Shown here: one piece after another, positions 40,265 to 51,626 of the stretch
Numbering within the stretch: position 1 is the first letter of the stretch
Layout: each line of letters opens with the position of its first letter
Origin: Convolutriloba macropyga
Lineage: Eukaryota
DNA: 64,000 nucleotides
Assembly: GCF_964194025.1 (NCBI RefSeq)
Contig: NC_134478.1
Span: 43,276,001-43,340,000, forward strand
Direction of reading: 5' to 3'
Made by a program: the position numbers and the translations under genes
The notes under the pieces: model-generated
The model's database searches: none
What the model was told of the DNA's origin: nothing
The model's input: only the letters and a program-made list of their open reading frames with translations

Positions 40265-41140
40265 TAATAGCCGCAAAGTGATAGCTGAGGCTATCAATGG
40301 CCTTCTCTTTCGTTCTTACAATTCAAAGTATTTGAGTTGTATTGGGGCGCTGTCTTTAAAGATCTGTTCGCACATTTTCTAGATTTTTGCAGTCAAATTG
40401 GAGTGATGATTTTTGTCACAGCGAAACAGGAAGTGGAGCGAAGAAGGGAGTGCTTTTGCGGCGTGTTTTTTTCCTCTTATTTTAAAGTTGAGTGAGAAAA
40501 TGGTATTTGAACAAACATTTGCTTTCGCGCTAGTGGTTTTTTTGTTCACATGCGGCATTGTGACATTCATTTTTACTGTTTTTTCTACTTTTTTGGTTCT
40601 GATTTTTGTTCTAAATGGTTTTCCGAATCCAATCCTTGTCCATTCTTGGTCTAGATTTTAATTTAGTCTGAAAATTTTTTTAACTGTGTGTCAGGATTTG
40701 TATTTTTATGTTTTTTCCGTCGTCAAGATTTTTGTTACAATCATATGACGTCACAATCACTTCAAATCTGCTTTTTGTTCATTCGTTCATGCATTTTCAA
40801 CTGAATTGCGTGCGGAGAGAGTTTTTGTCCATTTGTGCCATTAATTTCTGCTCTGACGTGGTTTACCTCACTCTCAAAAATGACTTGATCACTCAGAAAT
40901 TGAGTTCTTCATTACTTTAATTCAAAGAGATGAAGTCAATTGAAGCGTGTCACTCTTGTTGAAGGATATTTGAGGGCAGCTCATAGAAGCAGCAATTAGA
41001 TAAACAGATTCTTAATCAAAATATGACATCCCAGCATTTAATAAAAAGAAGTTTCTGTTTAGTCTGTTTCTTTAACTATCTTTTTGAGGCTGAAGATCTA
41101 CGAAGATATTGCGGCTATTTTCTGGCAATTTGCCAGCTAT
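40265..41140 (+). repeat. Dispersed repeat family C, interrupted by family A
   Basis: Matches 20821-21320 on both sides of the insertion. Confidence 0.8.
40313..40712 (+). mobile_element. HINE-like family A copy nested in family C repeat
   Basis: Interrupts a sequence that is contiguous at 20821-21320. Confidence 0.75.
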
Positions 41141-41989
41141 ATTATCAATTATGTGACAGAAGCAGATTTTAGCCTAGAATGTTGCAGATTTTAGCTTAGA
41201 ACGTTGAAAAAACTGAAATTGATATTTCTATTCTTTATGATGGGAGACTTTAGAGGCTTGATTGATTTTTTTTAATATAATAAAATTTTGCTGTGTTTGA
41301 AACTGTATTAATTGAACAACCGAGAGCTGCTCTTCTACTTTGGCATAGATTTTACATCTGTGCATATGTGAAATGAGAGCTAGGCAGGTTTGGCACCGTC
41401 TATCTTTTGACCAATTAATTATTTACGCTTTAGTAGTGCTTCAAATGCAAAAATACTGAATATTTTGTGATTTTGATTTATATTTTGCATGTAAAGTTGA
41501 GTACCACAAAATTTTATGATTGAGGAATGTTACTTTATAAATTGGACCACTCTCGTGGGGTTATTGGTAGCACCGAGATTGTGTCATGATCAAACGCAGT
41601 TGCGCCTCGCCTCTTCTGTTTAATTCTTTTCCTTAATGCCAATGAAATGCGTTCCTAAGTTTAAGCTCACTTACAGATTACTTTTTAAAAGTTGCCCATT
41701 TATGCGACACTGACATGGACAGTTTACTTGGTAGAGGTATCGATAATTTTCGATTGGAATCATTGATGTACGCCACCTAAGTTTTAGCAATTTTGATCTG
41801 CTAAATCTACTTTTTAAACATTATCTAAAATGTTTTTGATTTGCTGAAGTAATAAGATTATTGAAGTCCAAAGTGGTGAATAGGTGTGTTTGGGGGTTGT
41901 GGGGTTGTGATGAGGGAAAAAATGAGGAGATGAGATAGATGAGAATACCTCTAGAGTGTGGCTTCCTGTGCAAAGACATTTGACTAATT

Positions 41990-42460
41990 AAACTTTCTCT
42001 CTCTTTCACCCATTCTCTATTTCTCCTTCTTTCTCTCTCCTCATCCCGTTCTCCCGTTCCGTCTTTCCTAGTTTCCTTCTCTCTCACCAACCCAACCCCC
42101 ATTTCCGCCCTCCCTCTCATCCCGTTTCCTCCCTTCCCCCTCTCTCCCTCCTATTACCCCACTATACCCTCGGAGACCACCCTCGCCGTCTCTATTTTCA
42201 TCATGCCAACATTACGTACCCCCACCAAGACCACCACCATTACCAAAGTGCCTCTGTGCTTAGTAGCCCACCACCGCCACCACCATACGCTCTATACCCC
42301 ACATACCCTTATCATCTTTAGCCTAGCCTATCTTACCATACTTTATCCTACCCTATCCCCCCACCCCCATTCCTACTTAGATATCCCCTCGTTTTCATTT
42401 CTATATATCTCTACACTTTTTAGTGTCTACACTATGTCCCTCCTTTCTCCGCCCTTTGGA
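41990..42460 (+). repeat. C/T-rich low-complexity tract
   Basis: Nearly G-free, with ctcc/cccc/cacc motifs. Confidence 0.85.
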
Positions 42461-43506
42461 AGACCGCTGCGTGAAATCTTAACCCTAAATTGTCACCACC
42501 CACATATTAAATTTGCATATCTTATGCCCATAGATATATGGACTAAGCCTTCTACTACTCCCTGCTCAAATTCTGCCTATTTGGGCTCACAATACACATG
42601 TTGTCCGTTTGGGAGTTTTGCTGCTCCATATTCTATCATTGCAAAAAAAATTAGCTGTGATAACTTTCAAGTGGCCCTGGATGAGTGATAATGATAGAAT
42701 AAATTGTACTAGAAAAAAATATTTATAATATAATTGGGATTCACTCGAAAATTCATTTTATATTGTAGCAACACTTGCAAACTGACTGACTTTTTAAATA
42801 GTACAACTTAATTGATGGACTGTGTTTTGGTGGAAAAATGCATCAATTTACTAGCATCAATCTCTATGCACATTGGTCATACTGTTAAACGAGTGGATGA
42901 TTTTCATAATGTTAATTGGAAAAAAATCCTCATTTTTTCCAGTGAGTGACCTTTTTTATTGAAATAAAGTATAGTAGTAATGCTTTGTTGTTGACATCTA
43001 ATATATTTTCAGATGCCAATGAATGTATCATGCTGATGTTGCCTGAGTTACCCTGGCTAAGACATCCAAGAGACCAAAAAGGTAAGTAGAGGTAAGACAT
43101 CATCCTGCGCTGGATGAGCAAGGCTTCATTTGACCTGGAACCATTAAAAATCGAATTAAAATTAATTTTCCTTTCAACCGTGGAGCTTATTTCCAAACGG
43201 GTAAATTTTGCTCCGACACATACTAATTCTCTCAAAATTTTCGTTTGAGTTGAAGCGTTAACGTTAGTTCAGAAGAGGTAGGTAGAGCTAATTTAGAGTC
43301 AACGGAGACCCGGATTTAAACTTTAAATTGAAATAAGTTAAGAAAATTTTTGTTCCTTTTTGACCATCAATAAACCCACTGGATAAAAAATATATAAACC
43401 TACTTACAATCCAAGAATTTTCAAAAACCTACAAATAATACAAAAAACACATAGAGCTGCAATTAGAATTCGTCTTATTCCGATTTGTCATTAGAAGTCA
43501 AACTAT

Positions 43507-44072
43507 AAAAAACATAGCATGACAAGTCCTGACGTACAATTAAATGAATTTTTATTGACTAAACAAAAACCTAGAACGGACTATGAGTGAATTGGAAAAA
43601 CCATTTCTAAAAAAAATCAGATCAAAAACAATTAAAAACACAAAAATCAATGCCAAAATGCCACATGTGAACAAAAACCACTAGCGAAAAATGGAATATG
43701 GGTTCAAACAAAAAAACTAGGCCTAGAATGAACTATGAATGGTTTGGGAAAACCACTTAGAAAAAAATCAGATCCAAAAAATCGAATAAACAGTAAAAAT
43801 CAAAGTGAAATTGCCGCATGTGAACAAAAAATCACTAGCAAGAAAGCAAAATTTTGTTCAAACACCCTATTCACATTCTACTATAAAATTTTAGTGAAAA
43901 CATTTCACGCCGCAAAACCAATGGCTTTTCGCTTCTTTTGCTGTTTCGGCGTGACCAAAATCACTACTCCAATTTGACTTCAAAAATCATGAAAATGTGT
44001 GAACAGATCTTAAAAAAAAGACAGCGCCCTAAAACAACTCAAATTGTAAAACTTCTTTGAATTGTAAAAAAA
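43507..44072 (-). mobile_element. HINE-like family A, full-length with internal partial duplication
   Basis: Both IRs present (44053-44066 and 43535-43548) plus 3' hairpin remnant; flanked by A/T runs. Confidence 0.75.
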
Positions 44073-46499
44073 AATTGGCTTTATGTATAGGTTGGAGGTA
44101 TATTATAGGTTCGTTTTGTATATATTGTTCTTCGATTTTTTTTGTTCATTACAATATATAATGTATTGGAAATTGTTAAATTTCTTGTCTCACTCGGCTA
44201 ATTTTGCTTGTACTAGGATGGTTCTGGAATTGCAAAGTAAAATAAAATTTAGGAAGAATTTGGATACTTAATATCAAACCTGGTTTTCGTGACGTCTTAC
44301 AATAAAGGTGATCGTAAACAATTTCGAAGACAAACAAACATACCAAAAGTAAGCAATCTTTCCTCTAGTTTAGCATGCTTGACATTCATCGAATGTCACT
44401 CTGCCCTTCTCGTTAAAACTTCTCATCCAGTTAAAACTGATTGCAATCGTCATCAATTTCTCCCAACAAATATAGTCCATGGTCTTCCTGACAATAGGCT
44501 ACCTGGAATCGGTCTTCTGCAGTAGATCGTACAGGTAGCTACAGTAGAGTGTACAATGAGTTTTGATACTTGAAAGCACACCTGGTTTTAGTGGTATTTT
44601 AAAGTGAAAGGAATTATAAACAACTTTGAACTTATTTTGATCACATGAAACCAACAAGCATGCCAAAATTAAGCAATCTTTCTTCTCGTATACTATGCTT
44701 GAAAATCATTCACTGAAACTCGGAAAGATTAAAAGTTTCATCAAGACCCCAGTTTTATGAATCATTTGCTGCTACACAAGCGGTGTCATCTAAATGTTGT
44801 GAATAATTGGATTAAGTTTGTCGGAAAGTGTTAATTCCAGAAAAAAAGTACTTCATGGTATTGATTATCAGCTACACTTTACTGATTTTTTTTTGCATGA
44901 ATACCATTAACAGTGGCTCGAGGTGATACCTACATAGAGATATTTTTCTTGACATTTTACTTGATATTAAATTGTTAGTGGAAAGGTGAAACCAGCTCTG
45001 AGAGAGCCAAGGTGCGCATGCCTGTGTGATCATGCATATTTGTCGTCTTTTTTTTTGAATACTATTTGGAGAGACATAGTTTTCTAATACGATTACTTGC
45101 GTTTCTATTTAGAGAAATTACTAAGATTCATTTCAAGATTTTACCGTGTTCAGCGGCGCGATGTCCCTAAAAGCTGTAAATGCGTTATGGGATAGTAAGT
45201 TGGCGTATTATTTGAACGAAATCTTGAAGCCGATTCTGAAGCAATTCTTCGAAGTCTCGTTAGATTGTTTTTTATCTTGTCGTATAGAGTTATCTCGCTC
45301 TAATCAAGAATTGGAAGCATCTTGTTTGTTTTTGAAGCTTCTTTTTTGTCAATTTTACAAGCTTTTCATTGTTTGAGTTATTCGTTACCAAGAAGATTTG
45401 TGCTAGCACGGACCAGTATAAAGACTAATTTGTTTTTATTGTTCTGATTATTTTGAATTGAGAATAGATTTTTCCTCTAAGACAGCAGTACGTTCCCAAA
45501 AAAGGAACTTGGCCGTGATGCCCTCCAGGATATGATGAACTATTCCTCCCACTCTCTATCCCACACTCAATTCAAGTACACTATGTGCTCTTAATTAGCC
45601 CACAATTCTTGCAAACACCTGAGGCCGATTTGAAGTAAGGGTTAATGTACTAAATACCTGCCTGGCTATCCTTGCGCATCAAGCTCCACTCTATTGGATT
45701 GTCCCTCAAAATGTCGAAATGTTTTTATTGCTTCTGTCACAATTGGCCTGCTCTTAGTCTTGTTGACTCTTTCAGCTCAATCAGCCCTCGCGGCTGTGTT
45801 TCTTCTCCCGTCAACATTTTTCCTGATTTTTTTTTATTCGTCGAATGATAACAATCATAAATTGTTCATTTATGTAATGGAAAAGATTTATGTTCATTTA
45901 TGTAATTGTTCATCAAGTAATGCAAAAGAAGTCCATTTATTGAGAACAAAAATATGTACATTGAAGTTGAACAGAAGAAGCGAGCACACCATTAGATCAT
46001 CAGTTGATCTGTTTTCAGCCGCATGGAATGTATAGAACATCCAATAACTGTTTGATTAGGAACACAAAAATCTATAATAATTGAATGATAATCATGATGG
46101 GTTTAAAGAAAAAAGAACAGTTGGAATATTGAGCTCAATATTTGTTATCCCTTTACCTTCCTCACTTTTGTAATAAACAGTGTTTTAGCTGGCATTAGGG
46201 GGTGGCTATAACGGAAAGGTTACTGTAATGAACTTGTATTGTGAATTAACTGGAACCGTTTAGATAAGGACGCAGGTCAAGTCATTATCAGATAAATGAG
46301 CAACGATGCTCTCACCACTTGTGCCAATTAAGTTTAATTTACTAATTGAATTCTTTTATGTACATGTCAATATGTGCTGACAATAGAAAAAGTAACTTTA
46401 TTGTAGAAAAATGTAGAATTCCACGTGCGTTCAAGTTGCTCTCTTGATTTCAACAAGCAAGACGAAAATAGAAACAAATTTTACACCGAATCTTGAGCA

Positions 46500-49400
46500 C
46501 CCTAGATTGATCCCCCACCAACTTTTTTTTGGCTGTTATCATATCAGAAGCAATGTGCACGTGAGCAAATCAATTATGTAGTGGTTCTTCAGCAGCTTGT
46601 GTGGACCTCAAACCGGTGAGATCTAACCAAAACGACCCCCGCCCTTGTTTTTTTTATCTGGTGGGATAAAAAAAACTTGATAGGCAATTGCGCATTCAAT
46701 GTTAACAATTATGAAAACTAGAGAAAGCAAGAAGGTTTTGTTAGCTGAGACTAACAATACTACAGAGCTTAGTCAGGGGGCAAAACAATGCAATATATCT
46801 TCGGGACTGACTCAGCAAATGAATAATTTAATAATTGATGACAACGCTTCCCGCTTTCAAGTGCCCCCCAAAACAACACTTTTCTACCCCGACAAAAAGG
46901 ATAAACTGTACCAGATATCTGTTATCGAACATCATCTTGGAAAAACTAAAATTAGATATGACCAGTGGGGACCGAACTTCGATGAGATGGTGTGCTCCAA
47001 ATCAATATGGGCCTACTCGCAATTTACGCCTTTACTGTCTAAAGTGAAAAAGATACCACGCGATTTAGCGAAGCGAATAGACGAGATTGTGCAATCCGCG
47101 AGTTCACCAAATCTAGCTACAACAGATATAAATCTAAATGAACTCCCAGATCTCGAAACCATCAGCAGTAAGCACATCCCTACCCTAAGGTTCATTCCTG
47201 TAAAGTTTCGGGTGAGATGGTCAGAATTACTAACATCCGTTATCGATGCTTGCATTTCAAACGCGCAATCGATAGAAAATTGGAAAAAACTCTTTGCAAT
47301 TAGCAAATGTGTTCTACGCCCGTCTAATCGTGGGGGCAAGAAACACAAGCAGCAGCAAGAGAAACAGTTGTTGAGCAGACTTGAGCGATGGAAATCAGGT
47401 GATTATGCTGCACTGTGGTACGAGGCGGCCTCAATGAAGCAGTCAAATAAAACTAGCAATGAGTCAATAGACGCCTTAGCAAGCCGCGCGAAATCTCTTT
47501 GTCTGCAGGGGCAGTTTGGGAGGGCAGCGAAAGTTCTGTCTTCTGACGGCGTCGCACCTGACAATGCTGCAACGTTGAATGAACTTAAAAAGCTCCACCC
47601 TAAGGAAGAGCAACCTGACCACCAATTTGATCAAGATGCTAACACGAACGCATATCAATTTGACGAGGCATCAGTATTCTTCCAAATCGAGTCGTTCTCC
47701 AAATTTACTGCAGCTGGGCCGTCGAAAATGTATCCCGAGCATCTGCTGCATGCAGTAAACTGCGGTGCCCCTGATCAATCAAAGCGAGCAATCACTAGTT
47801 TAACAAAATTTGTCAACTTAGCTAGCAGAGGTCAGCTTCCCGAATTCGTTGCTCCTATACTATGTAGTGCAACAATAACTGCATTGAAAAAATTGAAAGG
47901 TGGGGTCCGTCCTATCGCTGTTGGGGAAGTCATTCGACGTCTTATTGCTAAATGCATAGCTCGTGAAGCAAATTCAGATGCTGCTGATCTTTTTAACACA
48001 AAACAATTGGGGGTAGCAGTCAAGGGTGGTGCTGAGGGCATAGTACATGCAACAAGAGTTTCCTTTGAAAAACTGCAAAGGTCAAAAGATTCCGGAATAT
48101 TGCAGATTGATTTCAAAAATGCCTTCAATTCGGTAAAAAGAAGCAAGGTTTTGGAAGCAGTCGCAAAATTCTTACCTAGTGTTGCCCCTTTTGCGACTTT
48201 TTGCTACTCACAACACAGTCATTTGCATTTTAACAACACATACTTAAGTAGCCAATCGGGAGTTCAACAAGGGGATCCTTTGGGGCCGCTTTTGTTTTCA
48301 CTAGCTCTGTGGCCAATCATTAAAGAAATTGAAACAAAATTACCAAATCTAGTACAGCATAATTGGTATTTGGATGATGGCATCCTTGCTGGTACCCACC
48401 AACAACTTTGCACAGCATTGAATTTGTTGACAAATTTGGGTGAAGGATTCGGCTTAGAGCTCAGAATAGAAAAATGTGAGCTCTGGTCACCCGTTGATCT
48501 GAACGCTATAGATAACAGAGTAAAAAGAAATAGCAAAGAAGGACTTGAGATCTTGGGCGCTGCCATCGGCAATCCCAGTTTTGTTGCTGCATCTTTGAGA
48601 AAAAGAGTCAACAAAATAGAAAAACTGCTCGACAACTTGGCGTACCTAGACGACCCACATTGTGCGCTTGGAATTCTTCGAAGCTGTCTTGGTGCCCCAA
48701 AGATGGTATATTCCCTGCGATGTAACACTCCATCTGACGAATCCTCTGTTATTTTGCAGGATTTTGACAAGCTTCAGAGAACAACATTTGAGAATATGTT
48801 AGGCGCCCTTATAAGTGACAACGCTTGGAAGCAGGCTTGTCTACCAATAAGCAAAACTGGCGTTGGAATTAGACAAGCAATTGACCAATTGAAAGCGGCG
48901 TTTGTTGGGTCAGTATCGCAGGCAGACGCTTTAGTGGAACAAATAACCGGTGAGAAAATTACAAACAATCAAATTTTCAAAGAAACAGTGGAAGAACTGA
49001 AGAATCTAGAAATTAGCCAATATACGCAACACAAGATTCAGGAGGCACTTGACGATGCTGCTTTGTCTGACCTTCTTGGTAATCAGACTTCAAATCGGGA
49101 GAAAGCTCGTTTGCTTTCACTAACGTTGCCTCAATCTGGTGCCTGGCTTTCCGCACCTCCAATCCCTAGTCTGGGCCTTCACATTCAGCCAAATGAATTC
49201 AGAGCCGCATTGAAGTATCGGATTGGTGTTCCGTTATACATTGAGGAACGAAAGTGCCCTTACTGTCAAAACGGCAGACTGGACAAGCTGGGTGATCACG
49301 CTTTAAGCTGTCATGGTCGGGGGGATATGATATCGCGGCACGATAGAGTGAGGGATAGAATATTTGCTGCTTGCTCGACCGCAAACTTATCACCCGTCTG

Positions 49401-50231
49401 CGAACAGAGAAATTTGATTCCAGATAATAACTCAAGGCCAGGAGACATATACTTGCCCAGCTGGTCAGCGGGACAACCATCTGCGTTAGACGTAACCATA
49501 ACTTCCCCACTGCAGCCCAGTCTAATTTCAGATGCGGCGAGGAGGTGTGGTTTTGCTCTGACAAATGCTGAAGATAGGAAATATGAACAATATGCCCAAA
49601 AATGTGCCGAAATAGGTATCCAGTTTGTACCACTCGCGTTTGAATCTTTCGGGGGCTTCTCAGATTTGGTCCGAAAAACTTTGAAACGTATAGCCTTGCT
49701 TGCCGATAACCGAAACTTTCAACCAGCTGGTTTATCAGTTGCCTACAATCGATTATCTCAAGGAGTCTCAGTGACTCTAATGAGAGGTTCAGCCACAATG
49801 CTGATCGCCAGAGATCCCCTGTTATGAGGCTCATTCCTGCGACAACACCTTCAGCCCCACAATAGTTAATTTACAGTATTGACTCACCCAATTTTAGTTG
49901 CCCAGTTATTGCTGTGCGCGAACTTGTTTGTCACCCAATGAGTGGGGACAATGCTCATTTCTTCTGTTCAACCCGATTGTGTGGGTTGATTTTGATGAAA
50001 TTTTGAAGACCCGATTGTGAGGGTTTCTGGGAACAAATAAAAGCCAAATACTCAATTGCGTGGGCGCCATGGTGATTTGTGGGCACAAGGTTGATCGCAA
50101 GAAAACTTTCTGAGAATTGACTGAACTTAGAAATGATTTAAACCATGATTTCCCCAACCAAGCACACCTTAAATTTATGATTTTTTTGTTGAAAAAAAAA
50201 TTTAATAAATAGAGCAAAAATTATTTATTAA
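46500..50231 (+). mobile_element. Apparently full-length CRE-like retrotransposon (ends approximate, no TSD recognised)
   Basis: Intact ORF, structured ~400-nt 3' UTR ending in an A-rich/AATAAA region near 50192-50231. Confidence 0.75.
46699..49827 (+). CDS. CRE-clade non-LTR retrotransposon polyprotein: RT + CCHC zinc knuckle + restriction-like endonuclease (1042 aa)
   Basis: RT motifs AGPS, RPIAVGEVIRRL, QLGV..GGAE, IDFKNAFNS, GVQQGDPLGPLLF, YLDDG; GAWL; C-x2-C..H-x3-C; RHD; RPGD..LDVT..K (PD-D/ExK); FVPLAFESFG. Confidence 0.95.
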   Translation: MLTIMKTRESKKVLLAETNNTTELSQGAKQCNISSGLTQQMNNLIIDDNASRFQVPPKTTLFYPDKKDKLYQISVIEHHLGKTKIRYDQWGPNFDEMVCSKSIWAYSQFTPLLSKVKKIPRDLAKRIDEIVQSASSPNLATTDINLNELPDLETISSKHIPTLRFIPVKFRVRWSELLTSVIDACISNAQSIENWKKLFAISKCVLRPSNRGGKKHKQQQEKQLLSRLERWKSGDYAALWYEAASMKQSNKTSNESIDALASRAKSLCLQGQFGRAAKVLSSDGVAPDNAATLNELKKLHPKEEQPDHQFDQDANTNAYQFDEASVFFQIESFSKFTAAGPSKMYPEHLLHAVNCGAPDQSKRAITSLTKFVNLASRGQLPEFVAPILCSATITALKKLKGGVRPIAVGEVIRRLIAKCIAREANSDAADLFNTKQLGVAVKGGAEGIVHATRVSFEKLQRSKDSGILQIDFKNAFNSVKRSKVLEAVAKFLPSVAPFATFCYSQHSHLHFNNTYLSSQSGVQQGDPLGPLLFSLALWPIIKEIETKLPNLVQHNWYLDDGILAGTHQQLCTALNLLTNLGEGFGLELRIEKCELWSPVDLNAIDNRVKRNSKEGLEILGAAIGNPSFVAASLRKRVNKIEKLLDNLAYLDDPHCALGILRSCLGAPKMVYSLRCNTPSDESSVILQDFDKLQRTTFENMLGALISDNAWKQACLPISKTGVGIRQAIDQLKAAFVGSVSQADALVEQITGEKITNNQIFKETVEELKNLEISQYTQHKIQEALDDAALSDLLGNQTSNREKARLLSLTLPQSGAWLSAPPIPSLGLHIQPNEFRAALKYRIGVPLYIEERKCPYCQNGRLDKLGDHALSCHGRGDMISRHDRVRDRIFAACSTANLSPVCEQRNLIPDNNSRPGDIYLPSWSAGQPSALDVTITSPLQPSLISDAARRCGFALTNAEDRKYEQYAQKCAEIGIQFVPLAFESFGGFSDLVRKTLKRIALLADNRNFQPAGLSVAYNRLSQGVSVTLMRGSATMLIARDPLL

Positions 50232-51626
50232 GCAGGTTTATGGCAAAATATTGTTGCTAAATATTTCATAAGTATTTATATGGAAAATTACAGTGCTCAT
50301 TAAAACGAGCGTTGTATACATTCAAGCTTAGTAACCCTGGAAAGTTCGTCAGATTTTGAAGAATGAGACACGTTCTTATTTAATGGAATGATATTATAAT
50401 CGCAAAAATTTGGGTTCTTTTCTGTTTTTATCCTCTGAGATCTCTCCTGTTCGTATCCGTCCTTTTAAAAAAGTGTCTCTTAAATACCAAAAAGGACATT
50501 TTTGGGGTGGGGTGCGAACAGACTGGATACCTAGGAATAGGGGGAGGGGTATTCGACTTAAGCGTTTTCCCAGCCGATTTCTGTTTAAGGAAAACTGACA
50601 TTTACAATTGAGAACAATGGTTTGAATTTGAAGAGAAAAAGGTTTGAGACAGTCCGAAAATCAATGAACAGTCCAAGATGAGAGTAGTTTTGTCTTCCTT
50701 TAGTTTTAGCAAACAATGAAGTCTCTTCTAATCGAACATGTTTATTTTTCTATGCATTATTGTGCCACTTCAAGTGGCGCTCTTAAGAGACCATTCGAAA
50801 TAGATTCGCAGACCTATAAACAATTAGAGTTTTACAGCCTCGCGGGAATGGAGCAACTGGCTTTTTTAAAATTAACGGAATCCTTTTGTCACTAAGTATT
50901 TCAGAAGGCGTCCGTTCCTGGTTACACATTCAATTGATTTTGTCTGCTGAAGAAACTTGAAATTACACAATTTTTGTAAAAATTTCAATAGTTTTCTGTT
51001 CGAATACGTTATGTTCCGTTTTCTATCACAACAATGGAAATGATCGTTATAGAAAAGAATTATGAAAACACGCAGCTTGAACTAGCGTCCGAAAACTTCA
51101 ATAGACATACTATTACACAAGCAATTTTATTCAATGGTGTTTTTTTCTGTAAAATTGCTGACCTGCGAATAACTTCGAACTGTCAATTAGCTCAAGGATA
51201 AATTAGTTTTAAAATTAAATAAAGGATATAACTTATTCGTAATTGGAGAGTAGTAAAATGAAGCGCGGTAATTTGCGTACTCTTTTGTTTTGAACCCATC
51301 GAAATTTTGCTCAAAGAGCAAAGAAGCTAATCTTAGGCAAACAGATTTTTTCATTGCTTTCAAATTTGGTGGATCAATATGTAAAGAACCTTGTACTAGT
51401 TTCCAAGTACTAGTATTTATCGTGGCAATTTATGTTATGAGAACAGAAAATTTTTAATTATATTGCTGTGTTGGTCAAAAAATTGAAAACAAGATCACGA
51501 TCACAAGACTTTCTTTGAGATTTCATAGCAAACATCAGCAATTTTCTCGCGTTTTTGTGAAATAATTTATTAATTCCACAAGGTTACCAACGTAAATCAC
51601 ATTCGCACATGACCAACGTAAAACAA

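Noticed and set aside
41821-42688. 99-aa and 161-aa ORFs
   Set aside because: Low-complexity C/T tract lacks stop codons by composition
45900-46330. Possible - strand spliced pseudogene upstream of the retrotransposon
   Set aside because: Splice-like signals exist but frames contain several stops and no recognisable homology
47013-49834. Antisense ORFs up to 211 aa inside the retrotransposon
   Set aside because: Typical antisense shadows of a long coding frame
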